DNA of 64,000 nt from positions 82,710,001 to 82,774,000 of the forward strand of contig OZ076409.1 in the NCBI GenBank assembly GCA_964187785.1, written 5' to 3'. The notes below the pieces were generated by a model, which was not told where the DNA came from, ran no database searches, and saw nothing but the letters and a program-made list of their open reading frames with translations. Source of the DNA: Amphiscolops sp. MND2022. Taxonomy: Eukaryota. This document shows, piece after piece, positions 23,701 through 33,798 of the stretch (position 1 is its first letter; each line of letters opens with the position of its first letter). Both the position numbers and the translations under genes were made by a program.

Positions 23701-25907
23701 CTACACCACCTGCACTTTGGAGTGCCTGCGACTATGTACTCCAATTTAATTTCCGCATCATGCACGTAGCAGGGTCACAAAATACGGCAGCAGATTTCCT
23801 CTCAAGACTTGAACTCACACCTAAAGAGAAAGTACAACTGAAATTACGGGACGACATACTTACGGCACCGATAGAAGTAAACCTACAATCATCGGATGTA
23901 GCGGATGAAGAACAACTTTTCTTCCTCCCAGATGAAGAGGAAGAATCAGAACAAGAAATCTTCGCTAGGAAAGCCCTCAGCAAACAACGTGCCAACGACG
24001 AACATGAAAAAGATCTTTCTACCAAAGTCACCGAAGTCATCAAAATATCCCTCAACTCCGCAGTATATGCATTCAAAGAAAACGCACGAATCAGAAACGA
24101 ACAAGATGCGGACCCCCTACTGAAAGCGTTAAAACAACGGGTGTCGCACGAAGAATACGACAAACACCTACTAAAGACTGAACCACGAGGACGCCACCTA
24201 CTACGCCACGAAGAAAGAATCATCATGAAAGATGGGGTACTAATGCGCAAATACTACGGTGAGGACGGATCAGTCACGCACAACCAAGTCATCATTCCTA
24301 AACACCTTGTACCAGAACTCCTATCAACACTACATGGCAAGACAAATAAACATCCAGGAATAGCAAAGATGATACAAGAATGCCGAGCCAAATACTATTT
24401 CCCGGGACTCGCACGAAAAATCCGCGCCTGGGTTACCAGCTGCCCAGACTGCATCGCCAACAAAAGAATCGACACGCGACAGATACGTCCCAAAATGCTG
24501 AGCAACACTGAATTCACATTGGGACCAGAAGATTGCCTAGAAGTAGATATACTACCAAATCTACCATCCTCCAATGGATATCAGCACATCGTCACGATGA
24601 TGGACGTCTTCTCTCGTTATCTTTCCGCATACCCGACACAGGACATGACAGCAAAAACAGTCGCACGATGCATAATAGACGTCATGACACGACACTGCTA
24701 CCTACCGACCGTTATACTAACAGATAAAGGATCACAATTCAGGTCAGAAGTAGTCGACCAAATAGCACGAACACTGGATATACGAATAAGCCACGCAACG
24801 ACGAAACACGCTCAAACCATTGGCATCCTAGAAAGGACCCATGCCTCTTTAAAAACCTCCCTAAAGATATCGACGGGAGAACGACGATCCATGTGGCACA
24901 AATATGTCCAAATAGCAGTCATGAATTACAATACAAGCTACCATGAAAGTTTAGGCTGCGAACCTACAACAGTGTTTCACGGACGCATCCCGTATAACAT
25001 CCTAGACATCAAACTTGGACTAAAGCCGGAATGGAAAAAAGACAACAACGACGAACTAACGGACCAACTACAGAAACAGATAGCTGAGATACAACAAGCA
25101 GCTAAAGACAATCTCATGCAGTCATATCTCAAGTACAAACAATACTATGACAAGAAAGCGACTGCAACGCCACTCAAAGTGAATGACTACTGCTACGTCT
25201 TGAATCCGAAAGCTGACAACCAGTCAATGAAATTCGCTTTCAAAGATTGCATCTGGACGGGTCCGTACATCGTCGTCAAAGTACTGTCCAACAACAACTA
25301 CGTCGTACGCCGCACAGGAGCCCGCTACACGCAAACCCTCCATAGAATTCGCCTAAGGCTATATGCGCCCAACCAGCGAGTACCTGACGTAACAGTCAGA
25401 AGGGAAGATTACCTTCCAGACCCAGAGGTTAACACAACCCACAATGATTGGTACGCGCAAGCTTGGGAAACCGAATTCGGAGAAGTTCTGTTCGGAGACA
25501 CAACGGAAAACGCCAAAGAAGAAACTACAATCACAGAGATCACAGATACAATCGAAAATGACGAACCTACAACGCAAAATGACGTGGTTCAAACAACCAC
25601 AAGCGAGATTACAACGGAAAATGACGTGGCTCAAACAGCCACAAATGAAACAGCCGAAGGAGACAAAACACCCCCCGACAACATAACGTCATTTAATCTG
25701 GATGTCAGTGACAATCCTTATATACTAACACCACCGCCTATAGAAAGCCCTCCCAAAACGCCCGAACTACCGCCTATAGTCGTTGGATATAACCCTAGGA
25801 AAGTAGGTCGATACAATCTGAGACCTAATCCGAGACCTAACGTGGATCCTGACTTCAGAATGCTAGACTCAGCTACGACGGAAGAACTACGTCAAACTCA
25901 CGCCTAG
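20670..25907 (+). CDS. pol: Pol polyprotein (protease, RT, RNase H, integrase), -1 frame relative to gag
   Basis: LVDSGA protease, YVDD RT, MTDAS RNase H, HHCC plus EVD/LTDKGSQF/ILER integrase, WTGPY motif. No stops. Confidence 0.97.
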   Translation, partial: LKSPRLRFGEKVDARAYTIEDPPNRYEEDFFTECNEEPTQDWQRRWNVGMILRHNARHPEDPTPLPQWITESPDNYATLKRPLSESKTERTYIYDVDYRCDPWDNPHIYDHNKLAFKIQIPNPQPQPRETHHFPPPPSPILKNSGPSPTVPVTVTSTPINAEDIICIEDKTLWQQKPEEPTIDSSSPPPTQTAPATAITESNDAEIEYPTSLPDDLDVIKEFIQHDKDDDYIPLMSAITLKKKKRMLFLPVDFNSVKIDALVDSGAYINAISERDAEKLRQDANQCIIHKAPPPPFKVQYANAELEQPLATYTLRFKIGNYTFEETFIVMNQMSFPIIGLAFLRKHAAILDTAQGTIDFPKIQITMALTDEMQKCNLKPITIKTEAKHTIPAQATRITYAAIPVTTEHTITGTIQPLPQFDENSKLIVAPAITTARSKIVAIKVANTTDFPYTIAPDTKIAELQILKPEETKLIRPVDIAALNLLTEHDDVVTYINALMQVDKPEDIEGKFWFPTPDNPGNEQEHTAIQKRILKELRELAELEKLDPTENAESRHKFLSLFKWTDSLITGKDRESLESTLVEFNDIFARHRLDIGMNTQFKVSLTPKDDKPVYTQSLTVPINLKEDLTVELALMHKYGIITTLPFSKYASPIFAQRKPNGKLRLLVDLRKINALIADDYINNNHPVSTLSDAAQHLAGKKLFCKLDCSQAYHCLQMADQRSVELLAFNFASRTFAYRRLAQGLSRALSAFSSFMREYLDAVIKADQCAQYVDDIGIAANTTEQLIKNIRAVFKCIREAGLKLTIEKCHFGVTQVEFLGRTITPDGIAPQDQKVKNFLSKVRFPKSKKQVQKYIGFVNYYRNYIPRLFEKLIGMYELLKADAKIKISEELVDNFKEINDSLAEACGLALRQPLAGKQYVLMTDASFRASGYALMIEENDEKKILSKKKTFAPVAFGSRVFSPAQLKMSIYCKEFLAIYHAFLEYSHILWETTIPTLVLTDNRSVTRFFQTKTTPPALWSACDYVLQFNFRIMHVAGSQNTAADFLSRLELTPKEKVQLKLRDDILTAPIEVNLQSSDVADEEQLFFLPDEEEESEQEIFARKALSKQRANDEHEKDLSTKVTEVIKISLNSAVYAFKENARIRNEQDADPLLKALKQRVSHEEYDKHLLKTEPRGRHLLRHEERIIMKDGVLMRKYYGEDGSVTHNQVIIPKHLVPELLSTLHGKTNKHPGIAKMIQECRAKYYFPGLARKIRAWVTSCPDCIANKRIDTRQIRPKMLSNTEFTLGPEDCLEVDILPNLPSSNGYQHIVTMMDVFSRYLSAYPTQDMTAKTVARCIIDVMTRHCYLPTVILTDKGSQFRSEVVDQIARTLDIRISHATTKHAQTIGILERTHASLKTSLKISTGERRSMWHKYVQIAVMNYNTSYHESLGCEPTTVFHGRIPYNILDIKLGLKPEWKKDNNDELTDQLQKQIAEIQQAAKDNLMQSYLKYKQYYDKKATATPLKVNDYCYVLNPKADNQSMKFAFKDCIWTGPYIVVKVLSNNNYVVRRTGARYTQTLHRIRLRLYAPNQRVPDVTVRREDYLPDPEVNTTHNDWYAQAWETEFGEVLFGDTTENAKEETTITEITDTIENDEPTTQNDVVQTTTSEITTENDVAQTATNETAEGDKTPPDNITSFNLDVSDNPYILTPPPIESPPKTPELPPIVVGYNPRKVGRYNLRPNPRPNVDPDFRMLDSATTEELRQTHA

Positions 25908-26056
25908 AACGAAAAGTTCCTCATGTCAAACCGAACCGGAAAGACTACGTTAATTATAACAAAAAATACAAATAAAATGCCAAAAACAACGCCAAAATAT
26001 CATCAATAATAACAAACATCAAACAGTCTACAACCTATAAATGTCTACTATCACAA

Positions 26057-29000
26057 TTATGCCACTCTATGGACGACATCAGGATCTCGTTCCTCACTAG
26101 AATCCTTCTTCCGCCCCTTTGTGCCACCTTTTGGTTTCTTCGACTGTCCAGACTGACCAGACTGACTAGACCCCTTTGTCACAGACTTCGACCCGGACGC
26201 ACCACTACGTATCGTAGTACTCCCGCTCTTACTTTTCTTCGAGGCGCCGCTCACATTACTGCCGGTCTCTGATCCAGAAGCCCCGACACTGCCACGAGCA
26301 CGTCTGTTCGCTTTATTGCACTCCACATAATACCTTTCTGAGGATTTGTGGCGCTCCAGCAAAAACGTAGAATATAATTTGCGATAGTTGGCAATAAATG
26401 AGTCCACACCAGGATCACAGTAATTCTTCCAGAGGTCATAGCCGGGAGTAATATAAAAGATCCCTGCAGTAACGATGGCATCTCGAACCGCATCCAAAGT
26501 CACATCAGTAAAGAACACCTGATGCTCATACCCCGCACACAAAACGTACGATTGCACTAAGCGTACGCAATCATGGAAGACAGCTTTACTCAATGCACAG
26601 CCGCTCAGATCAAATGATACGAGAGGATACTGCACTGGGGGGACCCCAACTACAAGACAGCATAACTTCAGAACTCGGCACACTTCCGGACGAGCGACAA
26701 AGATAAAGTCCTGCAACAAATAGCGTACCACATCAGGGATCTCGCTGGCATTCACGTCAGACCCTTCGTGCCACCTCCTCTTCTCCACCACGTAACTGCT
26801 GAATTGAGCAATAGCAGCGTTCGAATCATCGGACGCTAAAATCCCACAGGAAACCAGTACTCCAGTAAGATCCGCAAATAAGGTAAACACAGAATGGGCA
26901 TCTCCCTCCAACAGAATCTCAGGACTGAAACTGCAGAGGCCTTTCGCCACAACAGATGACACACTAGGACTGTTCAAAATGACAGTGACCAGCTGATCCA
27001 GGAAATCACGACAATATCTACGGAACTCCTGAGCCTCAGACGTTTTTCCAGCAAGCAACTCACGACCGAAGTCACAATTGTCCAAGAAAGTCTCCATCGA
27101 TGCAGCAGGGTATTCGGACATTTTCTTCACGTCCATGTACGCCTCCCAATCATGGATACCAGGCAATGACTCAATCTCCCGAGTCCGCAGAAGCAGACAG
27201 TACACAAAATGACACAATTCGCTGTAGCCATGGAAGCCGTAATCCTTTCGTTGCTGACGCATCTTCTCAAAATTAATTTGAACTAAACCACCAACAAGGT
27301 TTTACAAAGATAATACCGAACACTACAACCGAACACCAAACGCAATCAGACGATAACAAACGACACAATTGTACTGGATAGATACAAGCATCAATCGAGA
27401 ACAACACCAATCAGCATCATACTTACAAGTGTCGAGAACAAATCGTAACAGACCCAAGCGCTGCACGATCATGTTATCAGCAATCAGATGCCAGTCTGTC
27501 CCCAACATCTGGAAAAGAACAAAAACACAATCAACCCGACTATCGCTACAAACAACACGTGATGCAAACGACAAGCACCCAATAAAAATACTAACAGTAG
27601 CTGATTTGCCCCGTGCCTCGGGATTGACAGTACAACGGATGTACGGACGAATTGAAGGCCAAAGACTAATCAAGTCTGTCAACAACTCGCGATACTCATA
27701 GAATTCAACGGAGCCTCTTCGAAGACATCTGCATAGCACAACCTTGTCCCCCGTCCACTCCTCGTAAACAGCATTCCGGAGTCGTTGAATCAAATATTCC
27801 ACGATGGTAATGATATCTACCATCCCAAATATGTCCTGATGGGCTTGACGCAAGAACTGTATGAAGGTCTCCTCATTGAACTCATGGTACACAACAAAAA
27901 GGCGACCATCCGAACGATTACTGCCCATCACACTCAGCAAACTAGGACTGGCACCACGAAAAATGTTTTGACTCCAGAACATGGATCACGCGAGACAGGG
28001 GTACCAACTCTGCATCAGGAACGGGCTGATCAATAGGCTCACTCCCCACACACACTTTCTTCAACTGATTATTTTCCCAAAATAGGACGTAGCAACGCTC
28101 CACGAAAAGATCCTTCTCGAACTGGACACTATAGTCCTTGAACCTCGCTATCCCATTGACCATTAGACGAAGAACTCGAGGAGCAAGCCCCTGACAGAGA
28201 AACGACTAAAATACAAACGCCACAATGATTCGTTATACCTACGTCTGAAGAAAAGGAAAAAAAAGAAGACGAAGAAGAACACAATAACTCCAAAAGAAGA
28301 ACACTGTTGAAAACAACAAATGAAACCGGGAAATTATGAACTCTCAAACTCCAAACGATGAACAGGAAGCCAAACACACAAAATACACAACTTACCACGG
28401 ATTCCGAACGACTCCAATGCAAAGCGAAATCAGCCTTCTGCTTGTCCAGTGACACACAAAAGTGACTCCAGAGTTGCCGCAAAAGAGCAAAATCGCCCCC
28501 ACAACGCAACAAATCACAGAGACAGCCCACAAAGGTCATGAAGGGAATTTTTGATTCCACGCGGGAGTGTTTCGGCAGGAGATCCTCAGGAAACGGATAC
28601 CCAGTACCCAGCTCAACGAAAGGCTTTGAGCGATACTCAGCAAGCTGCTCTTCACTTAGCTGCAAGGGCTCCATCAGTTTGTTCAACACGGGCATGCCCA
28701 TATGAACTCGGTATACGACATCCTTGTCCCAGTGACTGTCCGACTGGAAATGCCGAGCAAACTCTCGAGACCCCTGTGATCCCATGGCCACATCACGCTT
28801 ACAGACCAGGCAATGAAAGTGAGTCCCGGCCCCCGTCTTTGATCCACATACGAAATCACGGTATGCGGGATGCAACGATCACATGCGTTTGCTCAACATG
28901 TTCTTGCGACTGTACTTTTTGACTTTTGTACGGCTGCCAGTTTGCGCGTCCACCCTCGCTTTCAACTCATTGAAACCTGCAACACACGACAAACGGAATG

Positions 29001-30004
29001 ACATCGTGGAAAATCATACCCTAAAAACCCACCCTGCAACTAACCTAGGCATATAGTACAAACAAATACTCACTATTTCGAATTGCCCGAGCAGTCCGCG
29101 TGTCAACTTCTTCAACAATCTGCTGACCCATCAACTTCAGACTCTGCGGACTGAACGTCAACTCGTCGTTACCTACAACACAATGACACTACAAAACAAC
29201 CCTACAAAGCAAATGATTCCAAAAATCACACTATTTTAATTCGTCAAGATATTCGAACCCCACAACAATACCCGTGCAACAGTGTGATAATACAAAATAC
29301 ACTAACTAATCCACCCCTCGGCAGGAGTCAATGGTGAAGGAGGAGGAGTATCGCCCGTTTTAGCTCGTTTAGGCGGTGTCGAAAAGCTCACGACCTGCGA
29401 CCGCCTTTGACGAACTGAAGGACCTAAAACACAAACCCAATACTCCCATCACTAGCCACCTTTTTCAGCGCGTCAATACGACAGCGACAAAACCTACTAA
29501 CTCGTTTCTTCCTCGGAGGGGGAATCAGTCTCACCTCCTTGAGACACAGCATCGAGTTGGGTACGAGGGCAAGTCGTAACAATATCCTCAGTAGGAGGAA
29601 ATTCAGCGGGCACGGCCGACGCAGCTGCCTGGGCAAGCGCAGCCCTAAAGCCAGGAGGAGTTGCAACTGACAGGAGACTACTAGCCGGTGGCAAAGCAGG
29701 AGAGGGATTTCCCACAACCAATCCAGGAGAAGTGGAAGAAAAACCAGGTTGAGCTACTGAAAATCAAGATCTGGATTCAGACGCGTCAGAGTTACGGGTA
29801 GGACCAAAAAGGCTGATCACCAAAAATACCAAGGTCCGGATTCCCATGGAAGTCAGAAAGATTTTACCAACCTGAAGTAGACAATCCAACTACATTCTCC
29901 GTAGACACTATGTCATCTTCGGAATAATTGTAGCCAGTCTCATTTCCACTTATGTGACCAGAAGTTACAGCAACGCCACGTTCTACCTCTTCTTGATCCA
30001 TCAT
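26057..30004 (-). CDS. Antisense 8-exon gene, ~1030-aa Zn-finger/hAT-transposase-like protein; this copy has one in-frame TGA (28879-28881) and one frameshift (~27960)
   Basis: Exons 30004-29872, 29756-29502, 29423-29307, 29172-29074, 28976-28396, 28205-27596, 27508-27427, 27282-26057. All 7 introns are GT..AG with T-rich acceptors and matching phases (1,1,1,1,0,0,1). C-x2-C-x16-H-x5-H finger at ~28732-28812. Confidence 0.8.
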
Positions 30005-30652
30005 ACCAGACACGAAGAAAGACGAACTTGTCAAGGAAATCTAAAAGAAAAAGAGAAATATAAAACAGAAACTACACGGAACTGTTACGGAAATCCTAAA
30101 AAGAAAAATGAGAAAGACGAAAACGCGTTACGTGAACGCATCTAATTAAGAGAACTTAATATCATTCTCACTCAAAAGGAAAAGAAACCATTCATAGCTT
30201 CACATCCCAAGCTTATCATAAGCATTGACGAAACAAAACGTTTCCAAAAAACCCTACTGGCGGATAGAGATTCATCAAGAATTACTAAAGGAAATCATGG
30301 GAAAACATCAAGAGATCATGAAATACGGACGTAATTCAACAATGAAAATCAAAGATGTCATTACGCCATTAATCTAAAAGAGGACGAGAGCTAAAATTAG
30401 AAGTTTTTCCTTAAGGATTTAAACCAATCACAGCGCAGCAGGAAAGAGTTCGTTTCACCTAACTCGGGACGAACCGGAACGAAAACGGGAAATCGACCAA
30501 TAGGAATTCGACGGAAATTATGAAAGAAAGGAAAGTGAAACGTTCATTTGTCGTTCAATTTTCACAAAGCTTGACCAGCGCTTCACTAATCTAAATAAGC
30601 AATCCCGCCTACATAAATTAAAGAAACTTCGCAATTTCCACCGCTTTAAAAA
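30005..30652. promoter_or_regulatory. Putative bidirectional internal promoter
   Basis: Lies between two divergent ATGs. CCAAT boxes near 30424 and 30497; the equivalent A region has CCAAT near 977 and 1046. Confidence 0.5.
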
Positions 30653-31516
30653 ATGGCAGGATATTCACTAGTCATTGACATCTCATCAGATGAAGAAAAT
30701 ACAAGACATAGCACGCCATTGAAGACCGTACCGGTAAATATGGTCGGAAGATTCGACCTCAGTGATTCTTCCACGGAAGTTTACCGTGGGAGCGACGCCG
30801 AATTGGAGTCAATCCCAGAATCGCCAGCGAAAGAAACACCGACACCCAGGAAAAAGAAAAGGCTAACAAAAGTATCTTTTGCCCTGCCCGAAGACGTCGA
30901 CTCTGATGACTACTATGAAGAACCCGAGACTCCTACCCTCCCCCCTCAAAGTAAAGAAAAAGAAAATTTCCCCACACTGGGTAATGAAAGGAAACGAGGG
31001 ACTATCGTGGTCCAGGGAGGAGACGGACCCTCCGCAGACGACTTAGAGGCCCTCTACGATCTTGACTTAGAAGACCGCCAATTCTTCAGGTCCCTAGGAC
31101 GGGGAAATAACGTGGCAAAGAAGCCAAGCCAGCCTCCTTTCAAGCCTTGCAGAAAAGTAAACGCCCCCCGCACGCAATTAGCAGACTCAAGCTTGAATGA
31201 TCTGAATGAACCAATCAAGCCACCTGAAATCACTCAAGAGGAACGGGAACATTTCGAAAACATGGTGCGGGAACTTGAAGAGGAGGAGAAGAGAATTGCC
31301 CGTATGACTGCGGGGAGAGGTCGCGGCCCCCACCAGATGAGAAATTACCTAAGCCGACCCTCAGTGCTAGTCACGAAAGAAATTCCCCATTGCCACGGCC
31401 TACCAACGTATTTAGCGAGGAGAGGGGCCCTGTCACGACCCGCTCCCGGTCGTGGGTGTGAATGGTGTTTTGCCCTAGGAAGAGGCAGAGGAAGGGGATA
31501 CTGCAAGTACCATTAA
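30653..31516 (+). CDS. 287-aa accessory protein: SUMO-interacting-like motif, NLS-like PRKKKR, C-terminal CxxC..CxxH; overlaps PPT and U3
   Basis: Intact ORF with AAAATGG start, VIDISSDEE motif and a homolog in element A. Its last 86 nt lie within the 3' LTR. Confidence 0.8.
   Translation: MAGYSLVIDISSDEENTRHSTPLKTVPVNMVGRFDLSDSSTEVYRGSDAELESIPESPAKETPTPRKKKRLTKVSFALPEDVDSDDYYEEPETPTLPPQSKEKENFPTLGNERKRGTIVVQGGDGPSADDLEALYDLDLEDRQFFRSLGRGNNVAKKPSQPPFKPCRKVNAPRTQLADSSLNDLNEPIKPPEITQEEREHFENMVRELEEEEKRIARMTAGRGRGPHQMRNYLSRPSVLVTKEIPHCHGLPTYLARRGALSRPAPGRGCEWCFALGRGRGRGYCKYH
31417..31427 (+). promoter_or_regulatory. Polypurine tract of element B
   Basis: GAGGAGAGGGG followed by CCC and then the 3' LTR TG. 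Confidence 0.85.
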
Positions 31517-33784
31517 AATACCAACTAAATTAATATAATTCTACTTACAGTGCAGCTAAGATTATTTCGTAGATAATTTTTCAGAATAAGACCTAACGCA
31601 TGCGTCACGGAATATTTTAAGAATTGATTTTTAGCTAAAACTTCCGGTTAAGCGATTTCACGCTTAATAGATTTTCTATATCCGGTTTAATCTTCTGAAG
31701 TTCGCCATACTAATCTAAATACCAAAATAGACATTTAACAACTGGGATTTTTCTTCAGTTCCACACTAAAATAAAACACATTTAAAATCCCGCAATCCCA
31801 ACGGAATCCATACGATCTAAAAAGAAAAAATACATAAAAGACAGAGTTGTTTTGGTTCTTTCTGTGATAAAGTAGTTGTCAATACCCACTTAAGGCGCAG
31901 TCAAGTGACTTGAGAGAGGATTTACAACGTAATGACGGCGTCACTCTACTGAGCTAAAATTAGATATTCCACTTTTGCGGACTAATAACGTCACCTCCTC
32001 GGCAGGACTATTCTTAGCTAGCGCGAGAGGTATTAAATTCGGTTGCCCCTAGCAACGCCAATCAGAATAAGAGAGAAAGAATGAATTCGCCTACGCGTTC
32101 CGCTCGCTTTCCGTTCACTCTGACCTACTAGCTATAAGCAATCTTTACACGTACGTAGCAGTTACGTGGCGAATTGTAAAATTGTAGTGCACCGCTCTAC
32201 TATAAGCAATCTTAATACGTACGGAGCATTTACGGAGTGGTTTGAGAACATATAGTTAGGAAATAATGGAACGAATGAAAGTTTAAGAGAATTTTTTCCT
32301 GATTCGTTATAAGCTAAGGAATTTCTTGATTAGGTTTTAGATGAAAACAGCTGCATTGTAAGGAAGAATTATGAGAAGAACAAAGTTGTAATGTCCTGAA
32401 TTCTATACTAATTTATTACGCCATTGCTGTATCTCCTAAATACTATATTACGGAGTGTACCCGTAATTCATACCGATACTTTCTTTGCAGTTTATGATCA
32501 GTTGATGACGATGAATTTTGCACTAATCCTCGTAAACCTACGTCATGTTTTCTGTATAATAATGGTTGTATTACTCAGGATCTAATTCCAAGCCACGGAG
32601 CGTATACGTAAATTATACTAATGTTCGTTTGATGCTAATTTTATAACCTAACCCTAAATATGATGATGAATGTATGATCCCGAAAACAATTTCGGATTTG
32701 TACCAGTTTTGAAATGCCTTTGTTACATTGTTTTATTTTTATTCTTGAGCTGTTGCAGTTAGATAGTATTTGGGACACGATACGGAGTATTCCCGTAACC
32801 CAAATCAATTGTTATGTTGGATTTCATGTTTGTTGTGTACTGAAGTCAATCTGCCTTAATGCCCATCAGCATCATTTGTTTCTCTTTTCAAATATTCTAA
32901 ACGGCGAATTTTCTGCGACGTATCGTTTCCGTCACCATTTTTGAGTGTCATCTTTTTCTTCAAAATTCCAACTTCTTGAGTTGGATTTTGACTAATAGTT
33001 CACGCCGGCGTGCTTACGCTGATGAAAATGTCAGTTAGACTTCCATTTTACCGCGATTTTGAAGATCAAACAGGAAATGGATTATCTGAACAAAAATGAT
33101 TTCAACAGAGTCTCACGGAATGTTGACGTAACTAGGAATTTCGATACCTGAATTTATGACGCCAGACTGAAATAATTTGAATCATTAGCGATTTTTGTTG
33201 AACAAACCCGATTTTTAAGATTCCTAGGAATTTTTAGGTGAGGAACAAATGATGCTAAGAAGGTATAAATAAGTAGAAAGGACTTGTAATTTTAGTTGAT
33301 CTTGAATTTGTTTCAAAACTTTGTTGCTGGTTGTAATTACGAAAACTCAAAATTTCTTTGAAGAATTTAATTCTTGCCAAAGACTCTGATATCTCAATTT
33401 TGAAAATGACGACAAGGAGCCAGAAGAGAAAAGCTATAGCTGAGTTAGTGTCAGGAGATTTTGAAGCTTCCCTAGCTGAAAACAACTCTACTGAAAACCT
33501 GATACCTAGTTCTAGTAAAAATCCTAGACTTGAGCTTGAAAACCTGGAGGAAATAAAAACAACTCTGAGAAAAGAGATAATGACTGATCTAACAAAGATA
33601 TTAGCCGAAAATCAAAAGGAAATGCTCAAATTAATAGCACCTGCGAGCAAGAAACGCTCAGTTAATTCGAACATACAAGATTCTGATTCTGACCAAGAAA
33701 ACATCTCCGTAGCGAGAACGTCCACCCCAGTCAAAACGCAAACTGCGACTAGTTCTAAAACGACACCGAACAATAGTCGTAACA
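31431..33784 (+). repeat. 3' LTR of element B
   Basis: Direct repeat of 17289-19642, followed by TSD ATTGG. Confidence 0.98.
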
Positions 33785-33798
33785 ATTGGATCTTATAA
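33406..33798 (+). CDS. Truncated Gag N-terminus in the 3' LTR (126 LTR codons plus a few flank codons)
   Basis: Copy of gag 19264-19642; stops at TAA in the flank. Confidence 0.6.
   Translation: MTTRSQKRKAIAELVSGDFEASLAENNSTENLIPSSSKNPRLELENLEEIKTTLRKEIMTDLTKILAENQKEMLKLIAPASKKRSVNSNIQDSDSDQENISVARTSTPVKTQTATSSKTTPNNSRNNWIL

Larger units (their letters stand above)
17289..33784 (+). mobile_element. Element B: full-length 16.5-kb Ty3/Gypsy LTR retrotransposon with accessory cassette
   Basis: Two 2354-bp LTRs, 5-bp TSD ATTGG (17284-17288 and 33785-33789), PBS, PPT, gag, and pol in PR-RT-RH-IN order. Confidence 0.98.

Noticed and set aside
19470..25634. Antisense and alternate-frame ORFs over gag/pol of B (likewise over C and D)
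   Set aside because: Shadow ORFs caused by codon and strand bias; no motifs or splice support.
28129..28395. Transmembrane-like C-terminus of ORF 28129..28875
   Set aside because: It is read-through into the predicted intron 28395-28206 (GTAAGT donor).
26057..31516. env gene in element B
   Set aside because: No sense ORF with signal peptide, furin site and TM anchor; the hydrophobic stretches in the ORF track are translated T-rich introns.
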